Assembly (NCBI GenBank): GCA_036399275.1
Contig: DASWNK010000010.1
Span: 7,188 to 71,187, forward strand
DNA from: Bacteroidia bacterium
Lineage (GTDB): Bacteria > Bacteroidota > Bacteroidia > 2-12-FULL-35-15
Direction of reading: 5' to 3'
DNA length: 64,000 bases
Each line of letters begins with the position of its first letter. Positions within the stretch are counted from its first letter, which is position 1. A program made the position numbers and the translations under genes. The notes beneath the pieces were generated by a model that saw only the letters and a program-made list of their open reading frames with translations, did not search any database and was not told where the DNA came from. Below are positions 1-9,909 of the stretch, in pieces.

Positions 1-13
1 ACCCAATTCTAAT

Positions 14-1393
14 ATGAACAGAACTGTTGTTATTAATATTGCCGGTTTAAGCAAAAGCGTTATCGGCGCCTACACGCCGTTTTTAGAGAAATACATTTCA
101 GAAAACAATCTTGCACTCATTCATCCAGTGTTGCCAGCAGTAACAACCACTATGCAAAGCTGCTATGTTACAGGAAAGTATCCCAACAAGCATGGAATCG
201 TGGGAAATGGCTGGTACGACAAAGAAGACTGCGAAATAAAATTCTGGAAACAATCCAACAAATTGGTTGGCGAAGAAAAAATCTGGGAAAGCGCTAAAAG
301 AAAGAATGCTGCTTTTACCTGTTCCAAAATGTTCTGGTGGTATAACATGTATTCCAGCGCAGATTATTCAGTAACTCCCAGGCCTCAATATCATGCTGAT
401 GGAATAAAGCTTCCCGACTGCTATTCTCATCCGCCACATTTACGCGATGATCTTCAAAAAGAATTGGGAACATTTCCGCTTTTTAATTTCTGGGGGCCCG
501 GCGCCGACATTCGCTCCAGTCAATGGATTGCAAGGGCATCCATGTCAATTGAGAAGAAGCACAGCCCCACGCTTACCTTAATATATCTCCCTCACCTGGA
601 CTATTGTCTTCAAAAGTTCGGTCTTGATTTTACGAAGGTCGGAAAAGAATTAGCTGCAATTGATACATTGTGCAAAGAGCTGGTTACCTTTTATACTGAA
701 AGAGGAACAAAAGTTATTCTTCTTTCTGAATATGGGATTTGCAATGTCGATCACCCGATTCACATTAACCGAATTTTACGCAAGGAAGGATTAATAAGCG
801 TACGGAACGAACAAGGGCGCGAGCTGCTCGATCCGGGCGCGTCCAAAGCATTCGCGGTGGCGGATCACCAGGTGGCTCATATCTATCTGAACGATCTTTC
901 TCTGAAAGAAAAAGTAAAAGCACTGCTCAAAAATGTAAAGGGAATTAAATACGTTCTTGACACCGAAGAAAAGGATGTTCATCATCTCGCACACAAGCGT
1001 TCCGGAGATTTGATTGTGGTTGCCAACGCGAAAAGCTGGTTCAATTACTATTATTGGAAAAACGAAGAATCTGCACCTGACTTCGCTAAAACCGTTGATA
1101 TTCATAGGAAACCAGGTTATGATCCTTTGGAAATGTTTCTTGATCAAAAGCCTTTTACAAAAATTAAAGCAGGCTATAAGCTCTTGCGGAAAAAACTCGG
1201 ATTCAGATACTTGATGAATGTGATTTCTTTAGATCCAACATTGATAAGAGGTTCTCACGGCGCGACAGATATTCCAAAAGAATACTTTCCCCTGTTGATT
1301 TCAAGTAGTGCGTTTGATAAGACGGAGATTCAGGCCCCGGAAGTTTTTGACATTATTCTGAAGCATGTCTTCGACAAAGATCTTCTGCATTAA
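14..1393 (+). CDS. Alkaline phosphatase-superfamily protein (type I phosphodiesterase / nucleotide pyrophosphatase, NPP family)
   Basis: 459-aa ORF with an N-terminal NPP-like metal-site motif region (PAVTTTMQSCYVTGKYPNKHGIVGNGWYD resembles TFPNHYSIVTGLYPESHGI). Family assigned from memory of motifs only. Confidence 0.7.
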   Translation: MNRTVVINIAGLSKSVIGAYTPFLEKYISENNLALIHPVLPAVTTTMQSCYVTGKYPNKHGIVGNGWYDKEDCEIKFWKQSNKLVGEEKIWESAKRKNAAFTCSKMFWWYNMYSSADYSVTPRPQYHADGIKLPDCYSHPPHLRDDLQKELGTFPLFNFWGPGADIRSSQWIARASMSIEKKHSPTLTLIYLPHLDYCLQKFGLDFTKVGKELAAIDTLCKELVTFYTERGTKVILLSEYGICNVDHPIHINRILRKEGLISVRNEQGRELLDPGASKAFAVADHQVAHIYLNDLSLKEKVKALLKNVKGIKYVLDTEEKDVHHLAHKRSGDLIVVANAKSWFNYYYWKNEESAPDFAKTVDIHRKPGYDPLEMFLDQKPFTKIKAGYKLLRKKLGFRYLMNVISLDPTLIRGSHGATDIPKEYFPLLISSSAFDKTEIQAPEVFDIILKHVFDKDLLH

Positions 1394-1433
1394 ACACAGT
1401 GTTAGCATAGTCTTTTATGCTATTTTTGTGTCT

Positions 1434-3938
1434 ATGGTCAGCAGCGATCTCCCCATTAATGAAATAATCCCCGACTTAAAAACAAAGTTGGAGAGTGAGC
1501 CGGTCATCATTCTTCAGGCGCCACCAGGTGCCGGAAAATCTACCGTTCTGCCATTGCAATTGCTCAACGAGAAATGGCTTGCAGGAAAAAAGATCATCAT
1601 GCTGGAACCTCGCAGATTAGCAGCACGAGCGGTTGCCACACGCATGGCTTCTTTGCTCGAAGAAGAGATAGGAGAGACCGTCGGCTATCGCATCCGCTTT
1701 GAAAACAAAATCAGCAAACAAACAAAAATAGAAGTTGTCACCGAAGGAATCCTAACCCGCATGTTGCAAAACGACAGCACGTTGGAGAATGTCGGACTGG
1801 TGATCTTTGATGAATTTCATGAGCGCAGCCTGAATGCCGATCTTGCTCTTGCGCTTTGTTATCAGGTGCAGCAGGTGTTGCGTAATGACTTGAGAATTCT
1901 CATCATGTCGGCAACGTTGGATGGCGCAAAATTATCCTCCTTGCTAAACAATGCACCGCTCCTGACTTCAGAGGGCAGGCAGTATCCTGTTGCACTTCAG
2001 TATCTAAATACGGATGAAAAAATATACCTGCATTTAAGAATGTCCAACGCCGTCAAAAAGGCTTTACGCGAAAAGGCGGGCGACATTCTTGCGTTTCTTC
2101 CCGGTGCAGGAGAAATTTTGCGAACACAACAACTGCTTGAAGAAGAGAATAGCGAGATCTGCGTACAACCATTATATGGCGATTTATCTCAACAAAAACA
2201 ACAGGAAGCCATTTTGCCGCATCCCCGTGGAAAACGGAAAGTAGTATTGGCAACTTCCATTGCAGAAACCTCATTAACGATTGAGGGCATAACCGTAGTG
2301 ATCGACAGCGGGTATGCGCGTGTTCCTCGTTTTGATATACAAAGCGGACTCACAAGATTGGAAACAGTAAAAGTGACAAAAGACGCCGCCGATCAGCGTG
2401 CCGGACGAGCCGGACGATTGGGCCCGGGAACTTGCTACCGCTTGTGGAGCGAAGGTTCCCACATTCATTTGATTCCAAACCGCAAGCCCGAAATTCTGGA
2501 AGCAGACCTTGCTCCTTTGATGCTTGAGCTTAGCCAATGGGGCGCTCAGAACATCAATGAATTACTTTGGCTAACACCACCGCCTGCTGCTGCAGTTTCA
2601 CAAGCAAAAGAATTGCTCACACAGCTGGGCGCTTTACAAAACAATAAAATCACAGCGAGAGGAAAGGAAATGCTTCAAATGCCCACGCATCCTCGCATTG
2701 CACACATGCTCATTGAAGCGATCAGCTTTCAGAGAAATAAACCTTCGGAAAAATTCATTGCACTGGCTTCCGACATTGCAGCATTACTGGAAGAGCGCGA
2801 TCCGCTCGGCAAAGAAAGTGGTGCTGACCTTTCGCTTCGAATAGAGATCCTTAGAAAATACCGAAGCGGCGAACGTGTCAATGCCGACAAACGGGCACTC
2901 GACAGAATAGAACGACTGGCACTGTCCTGGAGAAAAACAATAAAAACAGAAGCAGACAATAGTAATCCAAATGTATTCAACATCGGAAAGCTGCTTGCTG
3001 CGGCTTATCCCGAGCGCATCGCCAAACGCATCGATAAAAACGGATTGCGATATCGTTTGTCGAACGGAAGAATTGTGAAACTCGCAGAAACCGATGCGCT
3101 GGCAAAAGAAGAATGGCTGGCAGTTGCAAATTTAGATGCAGGAAGCAACGAAGGGAAAATATTTTTAGCGGCTGCTTTTGATTCCGACGACCTTTACGAT
3201 CTGGCCGAAGAACGCCAAATAGTTACCTGGGACAAGCAACGCGGAATGATCGTTGGTTCCATTGAAAAACGGGTAGGCAACATTACGCTTGAAAGCAAGC
3301 CCTTGCCATCCATTAATGAACAACAACGAATTCAAGTACTGTGTAATTTAATACGGGAAGAAGGATTAAAAATTCTTAACTGGGATGAAGCACAAGAAGA
3401 ACTCCAGGCACGCATATTGAGCTTGAGAAAATGGCGTCCGGAGGACAACTGGCCGGATGTTTCCAATGAATCTTTACTGGAAACATTAGAAGAATGGCTC
3501 GCTCCATATCTGATTAAAATAAATAAATTACCCGAACTACAAAAACTTGATTTTAATCAGATCCTGCACTCTACCTTGCCTTGGGAGCTTTCGCAAAAGC
3601 TGGACACATTGGCTCCTTCCAAAATAAAAGTACCGACTGGTTCTTTGATCAAGCTCAGTTATTTTAACGATGGAAGCAAGATTGAAATGGCCGTGCGCTT
3701 GCAGGAAGTATTTGGTCTGTTTGAAACGCCCACCGTCAATGAATGCAGAAACAAAGTGTTGCTGCATTTGCTTTCTCCCGGTTACAAGCCTGTTCAGGTG
3801 ACGCAAGATCTGAAAAGCTTCTGGAACAAAACGTATTTTGAAGTGCGAAAAGATCTGCTTTCACGCTATCCGCGACATCATTGGCCGGAAGACCCTTTGA
3901 CTGCCGAAGCTGTTAGAGGACCAAAAAAAAGAAAATAA
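1434..3938 (+). CDS. hrpB: ATP-dependent RNA helicase HrpB (DEAH-box)
   Basis: Walker A motif APPGAGKST, DEFHERS box, HrpB-typical N-terminus (LPINEIIPDLKTKL) and C-terminal HrpB domain. Start placed at internal Met 1434 rather than ORF-track 1365 because 1365 overlaps the upstream gene. Confidence 0.9.
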   Translation: MVSSDLPINEIIPDLKTKLESEPVIILQAPPGAGKSTVLPLQLLNEKWLAGKKIIMLEPRRLAARAVATRMASLLEEEIGETVGYRIRFENKISKQTKIEVVTEGILTRMLQNDSTLENVGLVIFDEFHERSLNADLALALCYQVQQVLRNDLRILIMSATLDGAKLSSLLNNAPLLTSEGRQYPVALQYLNTDEKIYLHLRMSNAVKKALREKAGDILAFLPGAGEILRTQQLLEEENSEICVQPLYGDLSQQKQQEAILPHPRGKRKVVLATSIAETSLTIEGITVVIDSGYARVPRFDIQSGLTRLETVKVTKDAADQRAGRAGRLGPGTCYRLWSEGSHIHLIPNRKPEILEADLAPLMLELSQWGAQNINELLWLTPPPAAAVSQAKELLTQLGALQNNKITARGKEMLQMPTHPRIAHMLIEAISFQRNKPSEKFIALASDIAALLEERDPLGKESGADLSLRIEILRKYRSGERVNADKRALDRIERLALSWRKTIKTEADNSNPNVFNIGKLLAAAYPERIAKRIDKNGLRYRLSNGRIVKLAETDALAKEEWLAVANLDAGSNEGKIFLAAAFDSDDLYDLAEERQIVTWDKQRGMIVGSIEKRVGNITLESKPLPSINEQQRIQVLCNLIREEGLKILNWDEAQEELQARILSLRKWRPEDNWPDVSNESLLETLEEWLAPYLIKINKLPELQKLDFNQILHSTLPWELSQKLDTLAPSKIKVPTGSLIKLSYFNDGSKIEMAVRLQEVFGLFETPTVNECRNKVLLHLLSPGYKPVQVTQDLKSFWNKTYFEVRKDLLSRYPRHHWPEDPLTAEAVRGPKKRK

Positions 3939-3978
3939 TAAGGACTTATTATCGCAGTGTGTTGATGAAAAAATAATA

Positions 3979-4686
3979 TTATTTCAAATCCATCATAATT
4001 TTATTCGTCACGGAATCCTCTCTGTCGTGGCGATACACATAGGTTGGGTTTTCAGTTTTCAGCATAATTGTTTTTACTGCTTTGAGTCTGTCGAATAGCT
4101 CAGCATCTTCGCCAATCACAATATTCTTGAAGCCATCTAAGGAAACCAGGAGATTTCGCTCGATAAAAAAAGTGCCACCGATCACACATTCGTCCAGATG
4201 AATTTTTTTATCCGTGTCGAAGCGATCAGGAACATAATGATTACCCACAATTTTAATTCCTCCGTACAAAAATCGGACAGCTGTATTCTTTATCAGCACA
4301 GCTTTTCTTGATTCCAGGTGAATGCAATGGTACTCGTCATCCGAATCTAGAAAAGTCAAAAACTTCCCACGGGCCGCAGCAATCCCTTTGTTCTTTGCCA
4401 GCGCTGCACCGGAATGTTCCTGATGCAGGTAACGAATTCTTTTATCTTTTTCGAGATAAGAAGAGATATGAGCCAGGGTATCATCATCGCTTCCGTCGTC
4501 AACAATGATGGCTTCCCAATCCTTTTCCGTTTGCGCGATCAGGGAATTAAGAGCCCTGGTGAGTATTTCTTTCCTGTTATAGGTTGGAATGATAATAGAG
4601 AAATAGGAGCTTGTTCCCAAATCTGGCTTTTTGTTTCCCATAGCATAAATGTAAACAGGAATGTTTGATAAAAGTTTAAAAATCAT
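3979..4686 (-). CDS. Family 2 glycosyltransferase
   Basis: Motif IIIPTYNRKEILTRALNSLIAQT...IIVDDGSDDDT, a typical GT2 DXD region. The alternative start Met at 4641 is also possible. Confidence 0.8.
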   Translation of the reverse strand: MIFKLLSNIPVYIYAMGNKKPDLGTSSYFSIIIPTYNRKEILTRALNSLIAQTEKDWEAIIVDDGSDDDTLAHISSYLEKDKRIRYLHQEHSGAALAKNKGIAAARGKFLTFLDSDDEYHCIHLESRKAVLIKNTAVRFLYGGIKIVGNHYVPDRFDTDKKIHLDECVIGGTFFIERNLLVSLDGFKNIVIGEDAELFDRLKAVKTIMLKTENPTYVYRHDREDSVTNKIMMDLK

Positions 4687-4842
4687 GAATCATTTTTCCT
4701 GTTTTTCGATGTACAAAATCCGCAATAAATCTGCAAATGCCCCATTTTCCGCTTATCCCATCTGGTAACCTTTTATAAATGAGTATCAGATTGCACGAAA
4801 AAAAGTTTTACTTTTATAAAAATTTTAAAATCTCTTATCAAA

Positions 4843-6180
4843 ATGAAGTTGAAAAGCATTTTATTATCGGGCTTAATGCTGGGAAGCAGCCTCTTAATGG
4901 CACAATCCAAAAAGGCCCCGGCAACAGGCAGCGTAAAGTTCACGCAGTATGATCTTCCGAATGGCTTGCATGTGATTTTGCATGAAGATCATTCGACTCC
5001 GATAGTCGCAGTTACTGTTCTTTATCATGTGGGCTCCAAGAATGAAGACCCTTCCCGTACTGGTTTTGCGCATTTCTTTGAACATTTGATGTTTGAAGGT
5101 TCTGACAATATCAAGCGGGGTGAATACATGAAGCTCATTCAAAACTCCGGCGGAGTAATGAATGCTAATACCTCTTTCGATCGTACTTTCTATTACGAGA
5201 TCCTTCCAAGTAACCAATTGGAGCTTGGCCTTTGGATGGAAGCAGAACGAATGCTTCAGCTGAAAGTAGATTCGGTGGGTGTAGAAACACAAAGAAAAGT
5301 AGTGAAGGAAGAATTAAAACAACGAAACGAAAACACTCCTTATGGCTCCATTCTTAATGAAGCGTTCGGACATGCTTATACGGTTCATCCTTACCGCTGG
5401 ACTCCCGGAGGTTCCCCGGAATACATCAATAAAGCAGCCTTATCGGAATTCATCGATTTCTATAAAACATTTTATGTTCCAAACAATGCAACGCTTTCTA
5501 TTGCAGGAGACATTAATGTGGCGCAAACAAAAGCCATGATCGAAAAATATTATGGAAGCATTCCGAAAGGAACAAAAGAAATTCCCCGTCCGACCGCTGT
5601 AGAGCCCGTAAAAACTGCCGAAGTGCGCGATACCGTATTTGACAATATTCAGCTTCCTGCTGTGATCATGGCTTATCACACACCGGCGCAAGGCACACCT
5701 GATTATTATGCAATGAACATGCTGGCCACCATTTTATCACAAGGGAAAAGCTCACGCATGCAAAAATCGATTGTGGACAAACAACAAAAGGCGGTATTCG
5801 CAGGCGCTTTTCCTCTGCCAAGTGAAGATCCAGGCCTCACACTTGTTTTCGGGATCTCCAACATGGGAGTGGCTCCGACAGATTTGGAGAATGCAATGAA
5901 TGAAGAATTTGATAAAGTGAAAAAGGAGTTGATCTCTGAAGAAGAATATCAGAAATTACGCAACCAAGTGGAAAACGATTTTATTGGTGCTAATGAGAAA
6001 ATGGCTGGTATTGCAGAAAATCTTGCCAACTATTATGTCTATTATAAAGATGCAAACCTGATCAATACGGAGATTAATCGTTTTCTGAAAGTTAGCAGAG
6101 AAGACATTCAGAAAGCCGCTCAAAAATACCTGACAAAAGAAAACCGCGTGGTATTGTATTACCTGCCAAAGCAGCAGTAA
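4843..6180 (+). CDS. M16 (pitrilysin/insulinase) family zinc peptidase, active subunit
   Basis: Signal peptide plus the inverted zinc-binding motif HFFEH...E. 445 aa. Confidence 0.85.
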   Translation: MKLKSILLSGLMLGSSLLMAQSKKAPATGSVKFTQYDLPNGLHVILHEDHSTPIVAVTVLYHVGSKNEDPSRTGFAHFFEHLMFEGSDNIKRGEYMKLIQNSGGVMNANTSFDRTFYYEILPSNQLELGLWMEAERMLQLKVDSVGVETQRKVVKEELKQRNENTPYGSILNEAFGHAYTVHPYRWTPGGSPEYINKAALSEFIDFYKTFYVPNNATLSIAGDINVAQTKAMIEKYYGSIPKGTKEIPRPTAVEPVKTAEVRDTVFDNIQLPAVIMAYHTPAQGTPDYYAMNMLATILSQGKSSRMQKSIVDKQQKAVFAGAFPLPSEDPGLTLVFGISNMGVAPTDLENAMNEEFDKVKKELISEEEYQKLRNQVENDFIGANEKMAGIAENLANYYVYYKDANLINTEINRFLKVSREDIQKAAQKYLTKENRVVLYYLPKQQ

Positions 6181-6226
6181 TTAAAAATTCACAAACGAAA
6201 TTCAGAAATAAAAATTAGCATAACAG

Positions 6227-8317
6227 ATGAAAAAAATAATAATCTTCTCAATAACTGCAGCCTTTCTATTCACAAGCGCTTTCGCACAAAAAGCTGATAA
6301 AAAACTCGACAGAAGCATCCGGCCTGTTGCTGCTCCAGCGCCGGTGATCAAGCTTGGGGAAACACAATCTTTCGTATTGCCGAACGGCTTAAAAGTATTT
6401 GTGGTAGAGAATCACAAACAGCCTACTGTGGCCTATTCTATAGTACTCGACATTAAGCCTGATTTGGAAAAGGATGCGGTTGGAACGGCTGACATTACGA
6501 GTGAATTGCTAACCAGCGGAACAAAAAGCCGAAGCAAAGATCAATTGGATAAAGACATCGATTTTATCGGTGCTACTGTGGCTGCAAACCCAAAAGGATT
6601 GTATGCTGCTTCCCTGAAAAAACAACAGACGAAACTGTTGGAGCTGATGTCGGATATTTTATTGAACCCGAGCTTTCAGCAAGAAGAACTGGATAAAATT
6701 AAAACGCAAATGCTTTCGGGCCTTGCGCAGGAAAAGGACGATCCGGACGCTATATCTGAAAATGTAAAGTCAGTTTTAAATTTCGGTGCTAATCATCCGT
6801 ATGGTGAATTGGCAACGGAAGCAACCGTTTCAAAGATCACTATCGAAAACTGCAAAGATTATTACCAGAGCTATTTTCGCCCAAATGTAGGATATATGGC
6901 CATTGTAGGCGATGTAACGTTGGCTGAGATTAAACCATTGATCGAAAAATATTTCGGTGCATGGCAGAAAGCAGACGTTGTTTCCAGCAGCTTTGAAATG
7001 CCAGTTGCCCCCGCGAAAACACGGGTTGCAGTGGTAAACAAAGCGGGTGCGGTGCAATCGGTAGTGAATGTTACCTATCCTGTTGATTTGAAACTGAACA
7101 GTGAAGATGCGATCAAAGCGAAGGTGCTGAACACCATTCTTGGAGCAGGTTTTTCTTCCCGCTTATTTATCAATCTTCGCGAAAAACATGGATATACATA
7201 CGGTTCTTATTCCAGTTTGACTAATGATGAACTTGTTGGGTCCTTCAGCGCTTATGCGAAAGTGCGTAACGCCGTAACGGATAGTGCTTTGATCGAGATC
7301 ATGAGCGAGCTTAACCGCATTCGCACCGAAAAAGTTCCTCAAGATGAGCTGGATGGTATTAAGAATTACCTCACCGGAAACTTTGCGATCTCATTGGAAG
7401 ATCCTGCAACGATTGCCCGTTTCGCAATCAACACGGAACTTTATAAGCTGCCAAAAGATTATTATGCAAACTACCTGAAAAACCTGGCTGCGGTAACTGC
7501 TGATGATGTATATGCGATGGCGCAAAAATACATCCGCCCGGAAAACGCTACTATACTTGTTGTTGGTGATAAAGAAGAGCTTTCAAAAAAACTTGCGCCT
7601 TTCAGCGCAGATAAAAAAGTAGCATTTTATGATGGTTATGGAAAACCTGTAGCCAGCGCTCCCAAAGCGGTTCCTGTAGGAATAACATCCAAAACGGTGA
7701 TCGATGGATATGTAAAAGCAATTGGCGGTGCAAAAAATCTTGCGAAAGTAAAAGATGTTTCCACGAACATGAGCACAAAATTTCAGGGGATGGACATCAA
7801 TATCATTACTTATCACAAAGCGCCTAACAAATATGCTATGGCAGTGAAAATGGGAGAAATGGTAATCCAGAAAGAAGTATATGATGGGAAAACAGGAAAA
7901 CAAAGCAGCATGCAGGGGAAAAAAGACCTCGAAGGTGAAAGCCTTGATGATGTGATGGCGCAAGCGATCATGAACCCGGAAATGAATTATGTTAAACTTG
8001 GCTACAAACTGGATTTGAAAGGAATTGAAGAAGTTAACGGAAAAGATGCTTATATCCTCGAAGTTACCAGTCCAAAAGGAAGAAAATCCACCGAATGGTA
8101 TGATGTGGAAAGCAAATTAAAAGTAAAATCGGCCCAAACCAGTAATACAGAAATGGGCCCAATGACCAGCGTAACGGAGATTCTGGAGTATAAAGAGGTA
8201 GATGGAGTTAAGTTTCCAAGCGTGATCACTGTCAGTGGAGCGATGTCCATGAAGCTAAAAGCGGAGACAATCAATGTAAACAAGGGAATTGCTGATACGG
8301 AGTTCACCATACAGTAA
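6227..8317 (+). CDS. M16 family peptidase-like protein, non-catalytic partner with C-terminal ~230-aa extension
   Basis: Signal peptide and M16 fold without an HxxEH motif. Lies immediately downstream of the active M16 gene. The C-terminal third has a LolA/outer-membrane-lipoprotein-sorting-like pattern. Confidence 0.75.
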   Translation: MKKIIIFSITAAFLFTSAFAQKADKKLDRSIRPVAAPAPVIKLGETQSFVLPNGLKVFVVENHKQPTVAYSIVLDIKPDLEKDAVGTADITSELLTSGTKSRSKDQLDKDIDFIGATVAANPKGLYAASLKKQQTKLLELMSDILLNPSFQQEELDKIKTQMLSGLAQEKDDPDAISENVKSVLNFGANHPYGELATEATVSKITIENCKDYYQSYFRPNVGYMAIVGDVTLAEIKPLIEKYFGAWQKADVVSSSFEMPVAPAKTRVAVVNKAGAVQSVVNVTYPVDLKLNSEDAIKAKVLNTILGAGFSSRLFINLREKHGYTYGSYSSLTNDELVGSFSAYAKVRNAVTDSALIEIMSELNRIRTEKVPQDELDGIKNYLTGNFAISLEDPATIARFAINTELYKLPKDYYANYLKNLAAVTADDVYAMAQKYIRPENATILVVGDKEELSKKLAPFSADKKVAFYDGYGKPVASAPKAVPVGITSKTVIDGYVKAIGGAKNLAKVKDVSTNMSTKFQGMDINIITYHKAPNKYAMAVKMGEMVIQKEVYDGKTGKQSSMQGKKDLEGESLDDVMAQAIMNPEMNYVKLGYKLDLKGIEEVNGKDAYILEVTSPKGRKSTEWYDVESKLKVKSAQTSNTEMGPMTSVTEILEYKEVDGVKFPSVITVSGAMSMKLKAETINVNKGIADTEFTIQ

Positions 8318-8345
8318 TCCAAAAGCAATAGTTTTTTTAAATGTA

Positions 8346-8380
8346 AAAAACCATCCGGATTACTTGGGTGGTTTTTTATT
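8346..8380 (+). terminator. Rho-independent terminator after the M16 pair
   Basis: ccatccgg..ttgggtgg stem followed by TTTTTTATTT. Confidence 0.5.
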
Positions 8381-8437
8381 TGTTCTTATTTTAGCAGATG
8401 AAAAGGTGCTACTCCCCCGATCTTTTTATTATAACCA

Positions 8438-8466
8438 CAGGCAACCCTCTAAAACCTTTTACGTCT
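8438..8466 (+). promoter_or_regulatory. Candidate ECF-type promoter (CAGGCAACC-N15-CGTCT) upstream of the ECF sigma gene
   Basis: AAC...CGTC-type -35/-10 architecture lying 47 nt upstream of the sigma ATG. The identical motif recurs at 9852-9880. Confidence 0.4.
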
Positions 8467-8512
8467 TACCTCGTAGAAGAGAGGTGTTTTTAGCATTTGA
8501 AAACGCTTATAT

Positions 8513-9079
8513 ATGAATGAGACCGAGATTATTAAAGGCTGTTTGAAAAATGATCGTGCAAGCCAAAAAATCTTGTATGAGCACTTTTATAGCAAAATGT
8601 TAGGTGTTTGTTTACGCTACTCAAAAAGTAGCGATGAAGCGAAAGATATTCTTCACGAGGGATTTTTGAAAGTATTTGACGGCTTGAAAAATTTCAAGGC
8701 CAATGGCTCTTTCGAAGGCTGGATCAGAAGAATTATGGTGAACACCGCCATTGATCATTTGAGAAAGAATAAACAGAATTACCTGATTGTAAGCACTGTG
8801 TATGCTAACGAAAAGGCAAGCAATATGGCCGAGGAAATCAGCGACGACGACCTTGTTTTACAAATTGATAAAGACGAGATCCTGAGAGCAGTCCAGGAGC
8901 TTACGCCAGCATATCGGACCGTTTTCAATTTGTATGTAGTAGAAGAATACACGCACAAAGAGATTGCAGAAATGCTTGATATCAGCGAAGGAACATCAAA
9001 GTCAAATCTTTCGAAAGCAAAATTTAATTTAAGAAAAAACCTGATGCATCATTTAAAACCTAAAGCAAATGGGAAATAA
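8513..9079 (+). CDS. RNA polymerase sigma-70 family ECF sigma factor
   Basis: 188 aa with sigma region 2 (HEGFLKVF, RRIMVNTAIDHLRK) and region 4 (YTHKEIAEMLDISEGTSKSNLSKAK). Confidence 0.85.
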   Translation: MNETEIIKGCLKNDRASQKILYEHFYSKMLGVCLRYSKSSDEAKDILHEGFLKVFDGLKNFKANGSFEGWIRRIMVNTAIDHLRKNKQNYLIVSTVYANEKASNMAEEISDDDLVLQIDKDEILRAVQELTPAYRTVFNLYVVEEYTHKEIAEMLDISEGTSKSNLSKAKFNLRKNLMHHLKPKANGK

Positions 9080-9779
9080 CACAAGCGGGAGCAATCAATT
9101 GGATGATACTGTAAAGGAAACCCTTAACAGTTATGATGCAAATTATGATTCCGGTGATTGGTCGAGAATGGAAAGAATGTTAGATGCCGCTCCCAAGAGC
9201 AGTACTTTTAACGTGCCCTATGGCAAAGTAGCCATTGTGGGAGTTGCCATACTTTTAGGAAGCTTTCTGGTGTATAAAGCGATTCTGCCTTCCGGTAATG
9301 ATACCGTTGAAAAAATAATTCCTGCAGAAGACGAAACGAAAACGGAAAAGGTGATCACTACACCTCCACCGGCAATTACCACCAATACTACGGTTGTGAC
9401 CACGCCAGCCCCTATAACAGCCCCTGAAATAAAACCAACCGCTCCGGTGCCAACTAATACACCGCCAATAGTAACAGCGGAAAGCCTGGCAAAGGAAAAG
9501 GCACTGGCGGAAAGAGCGAAAAAAGAACAGAAAAAGAAAACCGATACCTCGAATGCCGAGACGAAAAATCAAAAAGTAAGTGTTATGGGTAATGAGCCGA
9601 TTTTTGGAGATATGATCGATTCATCAAAAGGAATCATTCATGAAACCAAGGAAAAAGAAAGCACGAAAAAAGCGGCCAAATCAAAAGGTACCAGCGGAGT
9701 AGGATTGAATGGATTATTCTTTAATCTGGACAGCATTCGCAAGCAAAAAGAACAAATGAAAAACGATTCATTGAAATAG
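9069..9779 (+). CDS. Putative anti-sigma factor (single-pass membrane protein, Pro/Thr-rich periplasmic segment)
   Basis: Overlaps the sigma gene stop by 11 nt, suggesting translational coupling. Has a ~55-aa cytoplasmic N-terminus, then the TM helix VAIVGVAILLGSFLVY. It is not a FecR-type anti-sigma. Confidence 0.5.
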   Translation: MGNNTSGSNQLDDTVKETLNSYDANYDSGDWSRMERMLDAAPKSSTFNVPYGKVAIVGVAILLGSFLVYKAILPSGNDTVEKIIPAEDETKTEKVITTPPPAITTNTTVVTTPAPITAPEIKPTAPVPTNTPPIVTAESLAKEKALAERAKKEQKKKTDTSNAETKNQKVSVMGNEPIFGDMIDSSKGIIHETKEKESTKKAAKSKGTSGVGLNGLFFNLDSIRKQKEQMKNDSLK

Positions 9780-9800
9780 GAATTCATGAACACATCTCCG

Positions 9801-9829
9801 AAAACCCCTGTTATTCAGGGGTTTTTTAT
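9801..9829 (+). terminator. Rho-independent terminator
   Basis: aaaacccctg..caggggtttttt hairpin followed by a T-run. Confidence 0.5.
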
Positions 9830-9851
9830 TTGCAATAATTTCTAAACCGTT

Positions 9852-9880
9852 CAGGCAACCGTTTGAAGATGCTCCCGTCT
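9852..9880 (+). promoter_or_regulatory. Second copy of the CAGGCAACC-N15-CGTCT candidate ECF promoter, upstream of the PorP/SprF gene
   Basis: Same 9-mer, same 15-nt spacer and same CGTCT as at 8438-8466. Lies 30 nt upstream of the ATG at 9910. Confidence 0.4.
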
Positions 9881-9909
9881 AATGTATAGAAACGGAAAAA
9901 CAGCTCTTC

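Noticed and set aside
1365-1433. ORF-track start of hrpB at 1365, overlapping the upstream gene by 29 nt
   Set aside because: The internal Met at 1434 gives the canonical HrpB N-terminus directly before the Walker A motif and removes the overlap. The N-terminal extension is hydrophobic nonsense.
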